The notes: generated by a model not told the origin, from the letters alone. DNA of 64,000 nucleotides from Eledone cirrhosa (GCA_964016885.1 OZ024743.1:97526001-97590000); one strand, 5' to 3'. Positions 1 to 13,801 are shown, counted from the first letter of the stretch. A program made the numbers and translations.

Positions 1-469
1 CACCAGGAAAGATTTGGTAGGGCAAGGGTCAAAGGCATAGTTGTGATGATATTTTCCAATGTAAATTTCGTTTTATTTCTTGCATATCCAATGGCCACAT
101 GTATATAAGGTGACTTCAAGTATATATGTTATTGATAAGTAATACTCGATAGAATATCAGACAGTCTGTGCAATTCGATCATTTCTTTATATTGTCATCA
201 GCAGCGTGAAGATTTAGTAGTGTAGACACTTAACAATAACCCGATGCAGGATGACTACATATTTATATGTGCCAGATACCGGTCACCACTGCAAGCAGCG
301 AGATCACTGTACAGTTAACAAGTGTTTAGCTTGTTTGCAGTGTTGAGTTCAAGTCCCCATATGAGTGTCTCCACTAACGAATGAGCTACGACAAACTGGC
401 ATTATACTGGGTATATTATATAAAAGCAATAGCCATTTCTCTAATGTTGTTCCACGTGTACCAGGAAAT

Positions 470-915
470 TTACAAACTCTATAGAAAAGTGATTTTCTAT
501 AAAGTAGCTGTAGTGTCGAGAACGTAATTCTTTGTCGTAGAATAATAGCAACATAATAACATCCAACACCTCCCAGGACTTGTCGCAGGTCCATCGCCAG
601 TAGCTGCGGCTTTGGGTGGAGACTGTAATATATTTTTCGAACAGGCCACTCTATCTAAGTCCTGAATATGCCCTTTGTTACTCCGTGCGAATGACGATGC
701 ACTATAGATGTCTGTACAGATTCCGATCGTTTTCTGCAAATTCAGTATTTTGGTGGGCATTTGCGGCAGTCAGAAATTTAGTACGTTTATCAGACCCACG
801 AAATCTAGGCCTTTGTGGAAGCGGCCTTTATTCGCCTCATCACATCTAACATCATATCTGGTGGCCGTGCGCTGTCCGCCATCAGCATCGTTCTCTACCA
901 GAACAACTCCGTCGA
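470..915 (-). pseudogene. Highly degenerate piggyBac-like transposase remnant
   Basis: Minus-strand fragments across frames ('DVMRR..RFHKGLDF', 'RVACSKNILQSPPK', 'GRCWMLLCCYYSTTKNYVLDT') resemble piggyBac motifs (MxRNRF..I.RFLHF; RCxFRQYIPxKP; GIKxWMLCDxxTxYVLN) in the expected order. Many stops and frameshifts. Confidence 0.4.
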
Positions 916-2669
916 TACACACACACACACATACACCCTCCCTCCACAAACACATATTTATATATATATATATATATATAAGAATATAGGCTTGATTGGG
1001 ATATAATAAACCTTTTTTTATAAATACTCACTAATAAATATGGTGTTCTTGTGTTTATATATTGTTTGTGTAGAGAGATTAAGATGGAGATAGAGAGAGA
1101 GAAAGAGAGACAGAGGGAGAGTAAAAGAGAGAGAGAGGGAGAGAAAGAGTGAGAGAGGGGGGAAAAGATAGAGAGAGAGAAACCCTTTCGACATATTTGT
1201 TCGATTACCTAATTACTGCTGCAGGCTTATGTAACTAATAAATACATAGTTTAGCTCAAATGACATCAATATGAATATTTCCATTACCTTTTTCATAACA
1301 TCTATTTACTAATCAATAATATATATTTATCTTTTTTCTCAAATTATTATTATTGTTATTATAATCACCACCACGACCATCATCATCATCGTCATCATCA
1401 TCACCACCATCATCACAGAATCGGTAGTGCAATAGGTAAACTATTTTGTGGTATCTATTTTGATGCAATTCAATTTCCTCAGTATACTACCTGTGGTGTA
1501 CGTGATCAATTGGTATATAAGTATGTGAAACATTTTCTTATGTTTTCTTTGCTATCTTGTCAAAACCTCTGCATTTTTTGGCTCATAAATTATCACGTCA
1601 CATCCACCTTTCAATTCTTTGAAATAATCGGCAGCGTGAAACTTTTTTCCTTTCGAGTTCTATAAAACAAATAACATTACGACAATGAAATTTATATTCC
1701 TTATGGTTTTTCCCTGCAAAATTAGTCTTATATATAGTGAAAGACATAATGTTATCTTCTGTGTTACTCCTTTAGCACATATCTATCCATTCATACACTT
1801 TACTGTTAACAGTTAGTGGTGATATGTTACCAACGAAATTCTCAGCATTTCTATTGCCATTAAAAGTAATTTTGTTTCATTTCAATTTCAATATTAGTGA
1901 AAGCCTTTGAATGTATTTTCTAATGTATTTAGATAATCTTTTGTTAATCTGACATCCGAATTTAAAAGGGTAATTGAAATTTTGGAATCTAATAAAGCAT
2001 CTCCCGCTTTTAATTCAACATTTTCTCCTCCAACTCACAAAACAAGCACGATTTCCTATCACAATAATGTTTATCTTAGCCTTTCTGATAATCAAAAGAC
2101 AGGATGTGAAAAAGTTGAAACTAAGACTTTAAAAGAAACTAGGTATTTGTTATCTGATTCATTGATGGACAAGAAATATTAAACTTGACGAGAATACTAG
2201 TTTTACATAGCATATCATGCAATCAACTACAGATTTCTATATATGTATCAAAGATTTAATTTCAAATATTATGTGGTTTACATATACTATTGTACTGAAC
2301 ATACCTGCATTTAAGTTACGAGATTCTTGTGTTTTATTATGGGTAGCAAAAAATAAAATCAAGTAAAATGAAACTAATAAAGAAAATAAGAATTGTTCGT
2401 TTTCAGTTGAGAATAATACAATGGTTTATTATTGAGAGACCCTACACTGATCTACATACTCGTTACGGACGATCAACTTTTTAAAAAATTAGATAGTCGT
2501 CTTGGACATTAGAAGCTGGATACCAAGGTAACATAAAAATGTGAATAAAGCTAAGATGAATCATAATTAATGTGGTGTCCAGGCTACAATCGATGAGTTG
2601 TAACTGATAAAAGAGTAAAACAACTCTACATTTTGTTGTAATTTGTTGCGTACTTGGGGGTATAAAAAG

Positions 2670-2856
2670 GGTGGGGGATTGGCAGTATCGCTTGATACAA
2701 CATTTTAGTTACAACTATCTACGTTCTGATTTCAAATACTGCACAAGCAACCTTTCAGGGTCGATAATATAAAGTACCAGTTAAATAATGGCGTCTTTAT
2801 AATCGATTTTCTCTTTCTCCCAAATTGCTGGCTTTGTGCCAATGTTAGAAAGAATT
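2670..2856 (+). mobile_element. Octopus-type tRNA-derived SINE (diverged)
   Basis: Contains ttggcagtatcg...gttctgatttcaaat...gggtcgataatataaagtaccagt...gctggctttgtgcc, matching the other copies in the window. Confidence 0.7.
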
Positions 2857-3502
2857 GTGCATCAAATACATCAAATGTTAAATTGTACTATTAGTTGAAC
2901 ACACTAATGTTCATTTTATTGAATAGAACAGAGTACAGCACGCGTTAAACATGCAATATTTAGTGCTTGAGGAAGTTCGAAAAATAAATACAATAAAATA
3001 TCATGTACTAGCCATTCCGAACAAGAAATAGCTTCACAAGTGAAGTTAAATAAACAGCAAATGAGAAATGAATCAACTTCTAATTTGTTACAGCGGGTCT
3101 GTGATTCTGTTGTAATCCACTTACAAAAATAACTACAAATCACTGAATAAAGATTATGTTTATACAAATTGTAATTTGTGTATTTTACGATAAACAAGTA
3201 CACAGTTTGAATATTTCACGAATTTTTCGTGTCTTAAAAACAAAAACATTGATTCTCATGTCTAAATGCGGCACTTACTTTTGTTATCAGTCATTGAAAA
3301 CAGAAGTCGATGATTTTCTTTTAAACCATGAACATTTTTTTATCCTCATTAATATTTTCCACTTTCTGTGGAAGAAGTACGCCATTAATGTTTCATATGA
3401 TTAGCAATAATTACTTTGTTTATTCAGCAATCAACAAAACGAAAGAAGGAGAAAACTCAGCAAATATATTTACCTATAATGGTCACTAATATTATCTGTG
3501 CA

Positions 3503-3541
3503 GCAGTAGTAGCAGTAGTAGTAGTAGTAGCAGCAGCAGTG

Positions 3542-3583
<42 letters not shown>

Positions 3584-3590
3584 ATAGTTG
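3503..3590. repeat. (GTA/GCA)n trinucleotide microsatellite
   Basis: Seen directly. Confidence 0.9.
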
Positions 3591-3694
3591 TGGAGGAGGG
3601 GTGACATTTACTTTATTGTCAAATATTATTGTTAATATTTTTTTTGTCTAGCTTCATTTTCTTTTGTTTTCTCTCTCTTTTATTGGGGACTTCT

Positions 3695-4842
3695 AGAGTG
3701 TGTGTGTTTGAGGGAGAGAGCGAGTGAGTGTATGTGTGTGAGTGTGTGTCTGTGTGTGAGTGAGTGTGTGTTTCAGGGAGGGAGCGAGTGAGTGTATGAG
3801 TGTGAGTGAGTGTGTGTCTGTGTGTGAGTGAGTGTGTGTGTGAGGGCGAGAGAGAGTGAGTGTATGTGTGTGAGTGAGTGTGTTTGAGGGAGAGAGCGAG
3901 TGAGTGTATGTGTGTGAGTGAGTGTGTGTGTGTGTGTGAGTGTGTGTGTGAGTGAGTGTGTGTGTGAGGGAGAGAGAGAGTGTATGTGTGTGAGTGAGTG
4001 TGTGTCTGTGTGTGAGTGAGTGTATGTGTGTGAGTGAGTGTGTGTGTGTGGTAGAGAGAGAGTGAGTGTATGTGTGTGAATGAGTGTGTTTGAGGGAGAG
4101 AGCGAGTGAGTGTATGTGTATGTGTGTGAGTGAGTGTGTGTATGAGGGAGAGAGCGAGTGAGTGTATGTGTGTGAGTGAGTGTGTGTCTGTGTGTGAGTG
4201 AGTGTGTGTGTGAGTGAGTGTGTGCTTGAGGGAGAGAGCGAGTGAGTGTATGTGTGTGAGTGAGTGTGTATCTCTGTGTGAGTGAGTGTGTGTGAGTGAG
4301 TGTGTGTTTGAGGGAGAGAGCGAGTGAGTGCGTGTTTGAGGGAGAGAGAGAGTGAGTGTGTGTGTGTTTGAGTGTGTATATGTGTGTGAGTGAGTGTGTG
4401 TGTGAGTGAATGTGTGTGAGTGTGTTTGTATGTGTGAGTGTGTGTGTGTGTTTATGTGTGAGTTAGTGTGTGTGAGAAACAGTGAGTGTGTGTGAGTGAG
4501 TGTGTGTATGAATGAGTGTGTGTGAGGGAGAGAGAGTGAGTGTGTGTGTGTGTGAATGTGTGTGTGAGTGTGTGTGTGAGGGAGAGAGAGAGTGAGTGTG
4601 TGTAAATGAGTGTGTGTGTGTGTGAGGAAGAGAGAGAGTGAGTGTGTGTGTGCGAGTGTGTGTGTGAGTGTGTATGAGAGAGACAGAGTGAGTGAGTGTG
4701 TATGTGTGAGTGTGTGTGTAAGTGATTGTGTGTGAGGGAGAGAGAGTGAGTGAGTGTGTGTGAGTGTGTGTGTGTGTGTGTGAGTGTGTGTGTTAGTGAG
4801 TGTGTGTGAGTGTGTGTGTGAGTGAGTGTGTGTATGAGTGTG
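3695..4842. repeat. Compound (GT)n/(GA)n minisatellite, about 1.15 kb
   Basis: Recurring unit like gagggagagagcgagtgagtgtatgtgtgtgagtgagtgtgtg. Confidence 0.9.
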
Positions 4843-5596
4843 CCTCTGTTGGCTGTAACATAGTGGTAAATGATAGAGATAAAATTGCTGTGTACAATAA
4901 TGGCGGTGTCTCTTGTTTTCGGAGACCTACGTTTGGGCGGAGATTTCTATTATGCTGTAACATATTGGCACCAATCACAAGTCAAATCCACTCCACTATT
5001 TCATTGACAATCTTGAAATAAGGGACGAAATTTGATCTCCAAGTTATTTGAACAAAGAATATTAAGAAAATATTATGCAATCATTTTCCTGACGTTTTGT
5101 CGATTCTCGCAATACAGCGACTTCCCTTATTCACTATAGAGGTGCGAAAAGCTAAATGCACAAGAAATGCAACTACAAACATGCAGTGAAACAATGAAAC
5201 ACTAATGATACAAGCTTTAACAGTTTATATATATATATATTGTTATATTTTGGAGGGTCATGTTGCTAATAAAGTTTAACAATATCTGTTTCAACACACC
5301 TTTTCAGCAAAATCTAGCAAAATAAATTCAAAAACGAATTATATATACATACATATATGTATATATATATATACATATATATATATATAAACGGAAAAAA
5401 TGAAACGAAATTTCATTTCCCACTCTCAGTACGGCTGTTACTTAAATATAAGTATGTACACGTACATACATATATGTATACAGACGTACAGTAGTATGTA
5501 TATATATATATATACATACATGCACACATATATATACGTATGGATTCACCGAACATTTATTATAATGCTCGGTGTTTGTAAACAAACACACCGTGC

Positions 5597-5649
<53 letters not shown>

Positions 5650-5651
<2 letters not shown>

Positions 5652-5988
5652 TAAAAAGGAAAAGAAAATGCTGACACAATTTTCCCAGTGAAAAATAGTT
5701 TAATTATGAATAAGTTTAAATTAGTTATAAGTATTAGTTAGTATTCAGTTTTAATTTTAAGTATTTACCGGTTGCACCTTTCTTATGCTTTTCAAAAATA
5801 ATTTTGAGATAGAGTGCTCGTGATTTTTGCTTAAAACTAAAACTGAATTCTAACTAATACTTATTACTAATTTATACTTATTCCTAATTAAAGTATTCTT
5901 CACTGGAAAAAATTTGTCAGCATTTGATTTTCCTTTTTACTAATATATCACAACTCATGTGTTACACCTCTAATTTTTTTTAATATTT
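5650..5988. mobile_element. (TA)n-embedded fold-back element: arms 5650-5761 and 5830-5941, plus tail
   Basis: Imperfect inverted repeat of about 110 bp with (TA)n on both sides. The loop holds a decayed hammerhead-like string on the minus strand (ttgaaaa-gca..tgc-aACCGGT). Confidence 0.7.
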
Positions 5989-6013
5989 ATATATATATAT
6001 ATATATATATTAT

Positions 6014-6157
6014 AATAATTAATTCTGTACTCGCACCACCAACTACACAAATGAAGACGGGTGAATTGCATTAAGTCGGGTGCTCTTCATAATATTACAT
6101 CGATGTTGACCATACGGAATGACCAGCTCTATCCAGTGGTGAACCAACAAACCTAAA
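6014..6157 (+). mobile_element. Solo copy of the tail of the 7.8-10.9 kb element, in (TA)n
   Basis: Diverged reverse complement of 7806-7950, e.g. ttgaccatacggaatgacca..ctatccagtggtgaacca. Confidence 0.8.
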
Positions 6158-6160
6158 TAA

Positions 6161-6202
<42 letters not shown>

Positions 6203-6288
6203 TCCCCCATTTTGACGCTATAGTCGCATATATGTTATGGAATACTGTTAGCTTCTCGCTACAACAATTTCTATACTTTTCATTTATA

Positions 6289-6335
<47 letters not shown>

Positions 6336-6721
6336 TATAGCAGTTTAACAAAACACAACGAACGGTCCAGCAACATATTAATTTAATTAACTATTCCAAA
6401 TTTCATTTATGGAAATCATCCGGTTATTGGATTTCTGTAAGATCTTAGCTATAGTTGGTTTGGATCAGAAGCATTGACTCTTATGATAAAGCAACACAAG
6501 AATATATTATTCATATATATGTATTAACTGTTTTAACCTGTAAGTTACATACTAAGTTGGGTAACATTTGCAAATATATATGTAGAGCGAATCTTGTCGA
6601 ATGATACTCCAAATATGAAGACTCACGCTATACTATTATATGTGTCTGTGTGTGTGTTTTACCTGTCTGTGTGTGTGCATGTGTTTGTACGTGTGCGTGT
6701 GCGCGTGTGAGATTCTGCGTG

Positions 6722-7140
6722 AGTGGCCGCAAACACTGATGTGACGCGACTTGTACATCGCTTCCGGCAAGACCTGTCCTGCACCTCCGGGGCCCTCTTT
6801 GTCTCCCTAGTCATACAAGCCACCCTCATGTCAATGATCAATCACCCCCATCATATTACTCCAAGTCCGTCATCCACCTGGGTGGACGGCGTTCCCGTTG
6901 TCATATTCGCGCAGTTGGAATGCACTTTCGTTCTTCTCTTCCCGAAGTCCGTCAAATCAATGATTCTGTCAACATTGAAGAGGTGACGCGGCATTCTGTC
7001 AACAGATAATTTCGTTACTGTTCCATTTCTCCATTGAGATATGTAATGCATTCGGGGGCTTGACCAAGAGTTCTTTGCCCACTTGTAGGAATGCCTCCTA
7101 TTTCTCTTCCACAGGTTGTTGTGGGGCAAGGGCACCGGAA
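6722..7140 (-). mobile_element. Gypsy-type LTR retrotransposon 3' remnant (integrase C-terminus and start of LTR)
   Basis: Minus strand gives 'SQWRNGTVTKLSVDRMPRHLFNV' and 'ERRPPRWMTD', typical pol C-terminal motifs. These are followed by a purine-rich tract and TGT at about 6817. Confidence 0.6.
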
Positions 7141-7717
7141 CAGCTTGTTGGGGCGACGGGCTCGCGAATCCTGATGTGATGTCACTGGTGCCACGCTTTG
7201 GGGAAGATCTCCCCTCCACTTCTGGTACCCTAACCCAAAGTTTACAAGCTTTTATAGAAAACTTTAATATTACTCCTTCTTTGACTCCATTTTCATATAT
7301 TTGATATATCCTTATACGTTGTTATGTCATATATTCGTATACTGACAATGCATACATCCAATGTGTGTATATTCAACGCATGTGTGTTGAGACAACGTGA
7401 GAAATAAACAGAATCACGTGAGAGAGGAAATGTGAGAGTTGACTGTGAAAGGTGTGTTCCATGTAGACAAAGAGAATTGGAGATAGAAAGTATATATATA
7501 TATATATATGTATATGTATATATAAATGTATATATATATATATATATATATATAAATGTATATATATATATATATGTATATATGTATATATATATATATA
7601 CATATATACATACAAACATATATTCAGATATGTATATGTATATATATGTGTATATATAATATATTTATATATACATAAACACAACACACACACATATATA
7701 TATATATATATACATAA

Positions 7718-7780
<63 letters not shown>

Positions 7781-7805
7781 ACCATATATATATATATATA
7801 TATAT

Positions 7806-10800
7806 CTTTAGGTTTGGTGGTTCACCACTGGATAGAATTGGTCATTCCGTATGGTCAATCTTGGTGTAATATTGTGGAGAGTACTCAACGTAGTGCAGTT
7901 CACCCGTCTTCGTTTGTTTAGTTGGTGGTGCGAATACTGAGTTAATTATAAATAAAAATAACAGGAGGCTGGACTTGTGTAAATCCTTGAAAGGTTTATT
8001 ATACTCTGATCATTTCAATGACCGGGTTCCATATGAATCCGGTGATATCATCAGGTATTGCAATATAACAAAGGAATATGTAAAAAACTATGGGTCCGAA
8101 AAATCAGAGACAAAGACAAAGAGGACGACTGACCAACTAGCTGCCTTCACCTCGGCCAGTCGCCCTCAAAGTGATGGCAACTGAATCTACAAATGACCAT
8201 CTGGTGAGGGGGCGAAGGCTTATAATGAACTACCACCTCTCCGTCAAGGAAAAAGGAGAAGAAAGAAGAAAAAAAGAAGAAAGAAGTCAGCGTAAGGGTC
8301 ACACTACATTCATGCTAGAAAATTCCGCGAAAAATGCTACTCCAAAGAAATTATATTTAACAAAGGCATATATAATGGGTGTCTGTATGGTCTAATGTGT
8401 GAACCGAAAATTGGAACGTTAAACTTATGTTACGAGTTATAGGATGACATTAAAGTAAAAAATATTAAATTGCAAAATGATAAATTGAAAAATAAATTAT
8501 TAGAAAATTAAAGGTTAAGGTAGCGAGATTTATTTAATGAACTTACAGAGAGAGTCTTATATGAAAAAAATAATCTCGATAAGATATCAGGATGGGATAT
8601 AGAGTAAAGATTTCCGATTGTGAGTCCCAGCCAGCACCCCACAACCATGAGTCAGCCAGTTTCGAGTGGTATCGTCTAGCGAAAGAAATGGAAACTAATT
8701 TTTCCATGTACTCTAGGAACGTAGCTACCTTAGGCCCCGGGAGTGCTAGCGGGAAGTCTACAATTTCGACAGGCCATCGTCTTTATCAAACGAATATTAT
8801 TAAATCAGACATGAAGAGTTTATTTACGTGCCAGTAGAGGCATGATACAGTTAATAGTTATGCCTAAACCTGGAGTGTATAGGTATAAGCATAATATGGA
8901 GGCCAAAACAGGCGGCGCGGTGGGACCGGGGCAAAGCAACCCGCTCCGAGTAATTTCGTTTACCGAAAGAGGGTAAATTTATTTTTCCGCGCAGTCAAAG
9001 AAGGCTGAACTTTCCGAGTGCCCAGCGCGCAGCCGGGAAAAGCCACCACATAAGTCGAAGGTAGCAACCCAATGAAAAATGCAAATAGACCATAATTATT
9101 TTAAAGTCCCAGTTAGTCCAGGTTATAAGTAGTCTGGTTCTTTGGTGGGTAGGGGTCTATGAAAGGTGCATAATGACCTAAGTAAGGAAAGTTACAAAAA
9201 AATAATAAAAGCAGGATACAAATATAAAATACAAATATGAAGATAAAATACAAAGATAAAGAATACATTCATAAAAATACATTAATAAATTAATAAATAA
9301 ATAAATTAATAAACAAAATTAATAAAAGTAAATAACTAGGGATGTAGAAAGACGGAAGTATATAAGAACGTATCGGAGGAATCACAGTGTAGGGGAAATA
9401 CAAAACTTTATACTCGGTTCCACATGTTACCATTCCATCTCTTCCATCCTCTATATCTATATGTACAAACTGTATCTTACTACAACTTGATCTATTTTGT
9501 ATTTCCCCTACACTGTGATTCCTCCGATACGTTCTTATATACGTCCGTCTTTCTATATCCCTAGTTATTTACTTTTATTAATTTTGTTTATTAATTTATT
9601 AATTTATTAATTTATTAATGTATTTTTATGAATGTATTCTTTATCTTTGTATTTTATCTTTATATTTGTATTTTATATTTGTATCCTGCTTATATTATTT
9701 TTTTGTAACTTTCCTTACCCAGGTCATTATGCACCTTTCATAGCCCCCTACCCACCAAAGAACCACACTACTTATAACCTGGACTAACTGGAACTTTAAA
9801 ATAATTATGGTCTATTTGCACTTTTCATTGGGTTGCTACCTTCGACTTATGTGGTGGCTTTTCCCGGCTGCGCGCTGGGCACTCGGAAAGTTCAGCCTTC
9901 CTTGAGTGCTTGGAAAAATAAATTTACACTCTTTCGGTAAACGAAATTACTCGGAGCGGGTTGCTTTGCCCCGGTCCCACCGCGCCGCCTGTTTTAGCCG
10001 CCATATTATGCTTATACCTATAAACTCCAGGTTTAGGCATAACTATTAGCTGTATCATGCCTCTACTGGCACGTAAATAAACCCCTCATGTGTGATTTAA
10101 TAATATTCGTTTGATATAGACGATGGCCTGTCGAAATTGTAGACTTCCCGCTAGCACCCCCGGGGCCTAAGTTAGCTACGTTCCTAAAGTACTCGGAAAA
10201 ATTAATTTCCATTTCTTTCTCTAGACCATACCACTCGAAACTGGCTGACTCATAGTTGCGGGGTGCTGGCTGGGACTCACAATCGGAAATCTTTACTCTA
10301 TATCCCATCGAGATTGATTTTTTCATATAAGATTCTCTCTGTAAGTCCATTAAATAAATCTCGCTACCTTAACCTTTAATTTTCTAATAATTTATTTTTC
10401 AATTTATTATTTTGCAATTTAATATTTTTTTAATTTAATTTAATGTCAACCTATAACTCGTAACATAAGTTTAACGTTCCATTTTCGGTTCACACATTAG
10501 ACTATACAGACACCCATTATATATGCCTTTGTTAAATATAGATTCTTTGGAGTAGCATTTTTCACGACCTTTTCTAGCATGAATGTAGTGTGACCCTAAA
10601 GCGGACTTCTTTCTTCCTTTTTTTGCTTCTTTCTTCCCCTTTTTCCTTGGCGGAGAGGTGCTAGTGCATTATAAGCCTTCGCCCCCTCACCAGATGGTCA
10701 TTAGTAGATTCAGTTGCCATCACTTTGAGGGCGACTGGCCGAGGTGAAGGCAGCTAGTTGGTCAGTCGTCCTCTTTGTCTTTGTCTCTAATTTTTCGGAC

Positions 10801-10939
10801 CAATGGTTTTTTACATATTCCTTTGTTATATTGCAATACCTGATGATATCACCGGATTCATATGGAACCCGGTCATTGAAATGATCATAGTATAATAAAC
10901 CTTTCAAGGATTTACACCAGTCCAGCCTCCTGTTATTTT
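7806..10939. mobile_element. Giant inverted-repeat element: tail 7806-7954, arms 7955-9405 and 9495-10939, 89-bp spacer
   Basis: The arms are reverse complements with scattered substitutions and small indels (the same spurious ORFs appear on opposite strands). Flanked by (TA)n. A hammerhead-like motif lies near the outer end of each arm. Confidence 0.9.
10834..10878 (+). ncRNA. Degenerate type I hammerhead-like motif (mirror copy at 8016-8060, minus strand)
   Basis: caatac-CTGATGA-tatcaccggattcatat-GGAA-CCCG-GTC-attg. The GAAA box and stem I are imperfect. Confidence 0.45.
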
Positions 10940-11462
10940 CTTTATATATATATGTAGCACATTGTGACGTGACCAAATGCAACAAGCAGAGGAAGACTCT
11001 GGGCCAGCAAGTATAGGGAAGAAATGAATGTTATTCGCTGCAAATATGTTATAATGTACGTAACTGTTGCAATCTCATTGTCATATCACGACTGACATCA
11101 CTAGAGAAATCGAGAAATATAGAAGTAAAGGAAATCTATATAGTGTTGGTTGATTGGTGATAGGAAAATCATTTTGTGTGAATGCTATATAGTGTATGCT
11201 ACATTCAGCAACTTTATCTGAAAAATATTTACATTTCAACAACAATATGTGTGCACGAAATATTAGGCTACGCAAAGGAAATTACATAGCACGCAATCTA
11301 CATAAGAATATTGGTGCCACGGTTTATTAATTCGTACAAACTACAACATATTCTTCACACATACACAAACACTTACATACATTCATACTTACATTCAAAT
11401 ATACATACATACTTACATACATACTCACACACACACACACACACACACAGACACACACACAG

Positions 11463-11552
<90 letters not shown>

Positions 11553-11590
11553 GTATATATGTATATATGTATATATGTATATATATATAT

Positions 11591-11769
11591 ATTATTCAAA
11601 ATATTGACTGCCAAGACTGGAATTGAACCATCAAGAGAGTTGAGTTATGTCATACATCAATTCATGTATTTTATCTGATGAGGACGTACTGAAAAAACAG
11701 CACCTCCGAAATATATATAATAAACCATATATTTTGATTATGTGAACGTCATCATTTATTAATATTTTG

Positions 11770-11775
<6 letters not shown>
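11591..11775 (+). mobile_element. Hammerhead-bearing short element in (TA)n with 15-bp inverted ends
   Basis: attattcaaaatatt ... aatattttgaataat, flanked by (TA)n. Confidence 0.75.
11670..11724 (+). ncRNA. Minimal type I hammerhead ribozyme
   Basis: Stem I tttat/ataaa; CTGATGA at 11675-11681; stem II ggacgtactg-aaaaaa-cagcacctcc; GAAA; palindromic stem III ATATATAT; AUA cleavage triplet (after 11719). Confidence 0.8.
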
Positions 11776-11819
<44 letters not shown>

Positions 11820-11826
11820 TTTTATA

Positions 11827-11900
<74 letters not shown>

Positions 11901-12044
11901 CAGCTGGACGGCTGGAACAGGTAAAAGGGTTAAAGAATATATATATGTATGTATATACTTATTCATATAATAAATATAATTATATATATTCATATATATA
12001 TATATAAAAAATATATATTTTCTATTATTTTATTTTATTACGTA

Positions 12045-12340
12045 TTCCAACCGTGAAGCTGAGGCCATGCTGGGACATCATTATTAATGCTAAACTGTCT
12101 ATAGCCACCTTTCCCTTGTTGGCCATTGATGCAAAAGGGTGTTTATTGGTGTAAATTACTTCCCTTAAATTGCCTATTGTTGTTTTCAGCCAATCCGTAT
12201 ATGGCATCCAAATCTTGTTGTAACATCAGCCGGTGTCTTTATTGCTTGTCCTACCTTTGTGTCATCAGCATAGCTCGTGAGGAATGGTGTTGTATTATAG
12301 AGGGCCTGTCTGAGAGCGATCACCCTAGGCACTCCAAGAC
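12045..12340 (-). pseudogene. CR1/L2-type LINE reverse transcriptase fragment
   Basis: 'LTSYADDTKVGQAIKTPAD', then after a frameshift 'LQQDLDAIYGLAENNN'. Confidence 0.8.
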
Positions 12341-12408
12341 ATATATACATATATGCATAAACACACACACAATATATTCATATATTCACACACACACACT
12401 CACACACA

Positions 12409-12516
<108 letters not shown>

Positions 12517-13269
12517 TGTGTCTAGTTGTTCTAAATCTGAATGTAGCCATGTCAGGTCGAAGTTGTCAAACTGAAGTTAAACAAATTGATCTGTGAAAGG
12601 ATCAATTTTAAGCCAAGTGCACGTGTATTCCGTAATAGAATTATCTAAGCTACACATCTAATTGTATGCATGGACATTGACATTGGGTAGTACACATGCT
12701 TCTACATACAGATATTTAAATCGAATGGATAAACACTACAAAACCCAATTTAAAACAGGAACATTATGAATTTAATATAATTAAGCCTTTCTAACATTCT
12801 AAATCATACACGTCTATAAATTTGTATGAATATATATGCATATACATACAAACACATGCACACACAAACACCCACACGTACATATAGTGCCATACATACT
12901 CACTCACATACACAGATATACATATCCTTATATGTATATATGTATGAAAAGACATATTTGCCGAGAGCATGGATTCATTAACAAGGGATAAATGAAATAA
13001 AAGTGGGCAGTTGCCTGAATTCTAATATTTAAGATAATAGTTGAGTACAATATGCTGTACACAAAGAATCGTTATTTTATATACATTTCCTTCTCGCGTT
13101 GAGATGAAAATGTATAATTTAATAGCAATTTTTAGGATTGAGAAAGGGAGAAAATTTTAAGAAATTAACCACAAAAGTTTGTTTAACGATATGACTATAA
13201 ACATAGCTTGATCTTTTTTCGGACGCGAATAATAATAAAGCAAAGAGATTCGTATGTCTGGCCTCCAAA

Positions 13270-13371
13270 AATAATTGTTTCTACTTTTGGCACAAGGCCA
13301 GCAATTATCCATTGCATTACTGGTACTTTATTTTATCGACCCCGTAAGGATGAAAGGCAAAGTAAACCTCC
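13270..13371 (-). mobile_element. SINE 3' part
   Basis: taattgtttctacttttggcacaaggccagc...ttttatcgaccccgtaaggatgaaaggcaaagt. Confidence 0.85.
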
Positions 13372-13801
13372 AAAAATAATATAACTCTGTTAGCGTGGAA
13401 CTGATCCAAAGGTAATCTGTATAACTTATGCTTATGGGATCGGATTCATGTCGTTTTGCTGATGTATGCTAATCTAGGCACAATCTTTTTGTATCTTTAA
13501 ATTTTCTAGTCTTCCACCCTTAGATTTCATAGTTGTAATTTAAAGTTACGAATTAATCCAACAGATCCCACTTCATATGCATATTGTCATGCATCCCAAA
13601 GTATGCACTGAACAAAGTGAAGTACTTTGAAATGTATGGTCTCAAATGTATATGTAAAACTATGTTATCCTTTGTGGTATGCCATTCAGTTTTATTACAA
13701 GATTTGCCTGATCTGACTCGCACATGAAATGACATAAGAAAGCGTCTCTGAAAGACCCATACTTTCATGCAAATTCCCTGTTCGCCTCTCTCTCCCTGTC
13801 C

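Noticed and set aside
2080-2527. Two exon-like segments with AG/GT boundaries (about 2080-2142 and 2407-2527)
   Set aside because: The second has stops in all three frames and neither resembles a known protein; RNA-seq would be needed.
7975-10985. Duplicated ORFs on opposite strands (7975/10710 and 8592/10063)
   Set aside because: A by-product of the inverted repeat; short and without RT, GIY-YIG or transposase motifs.
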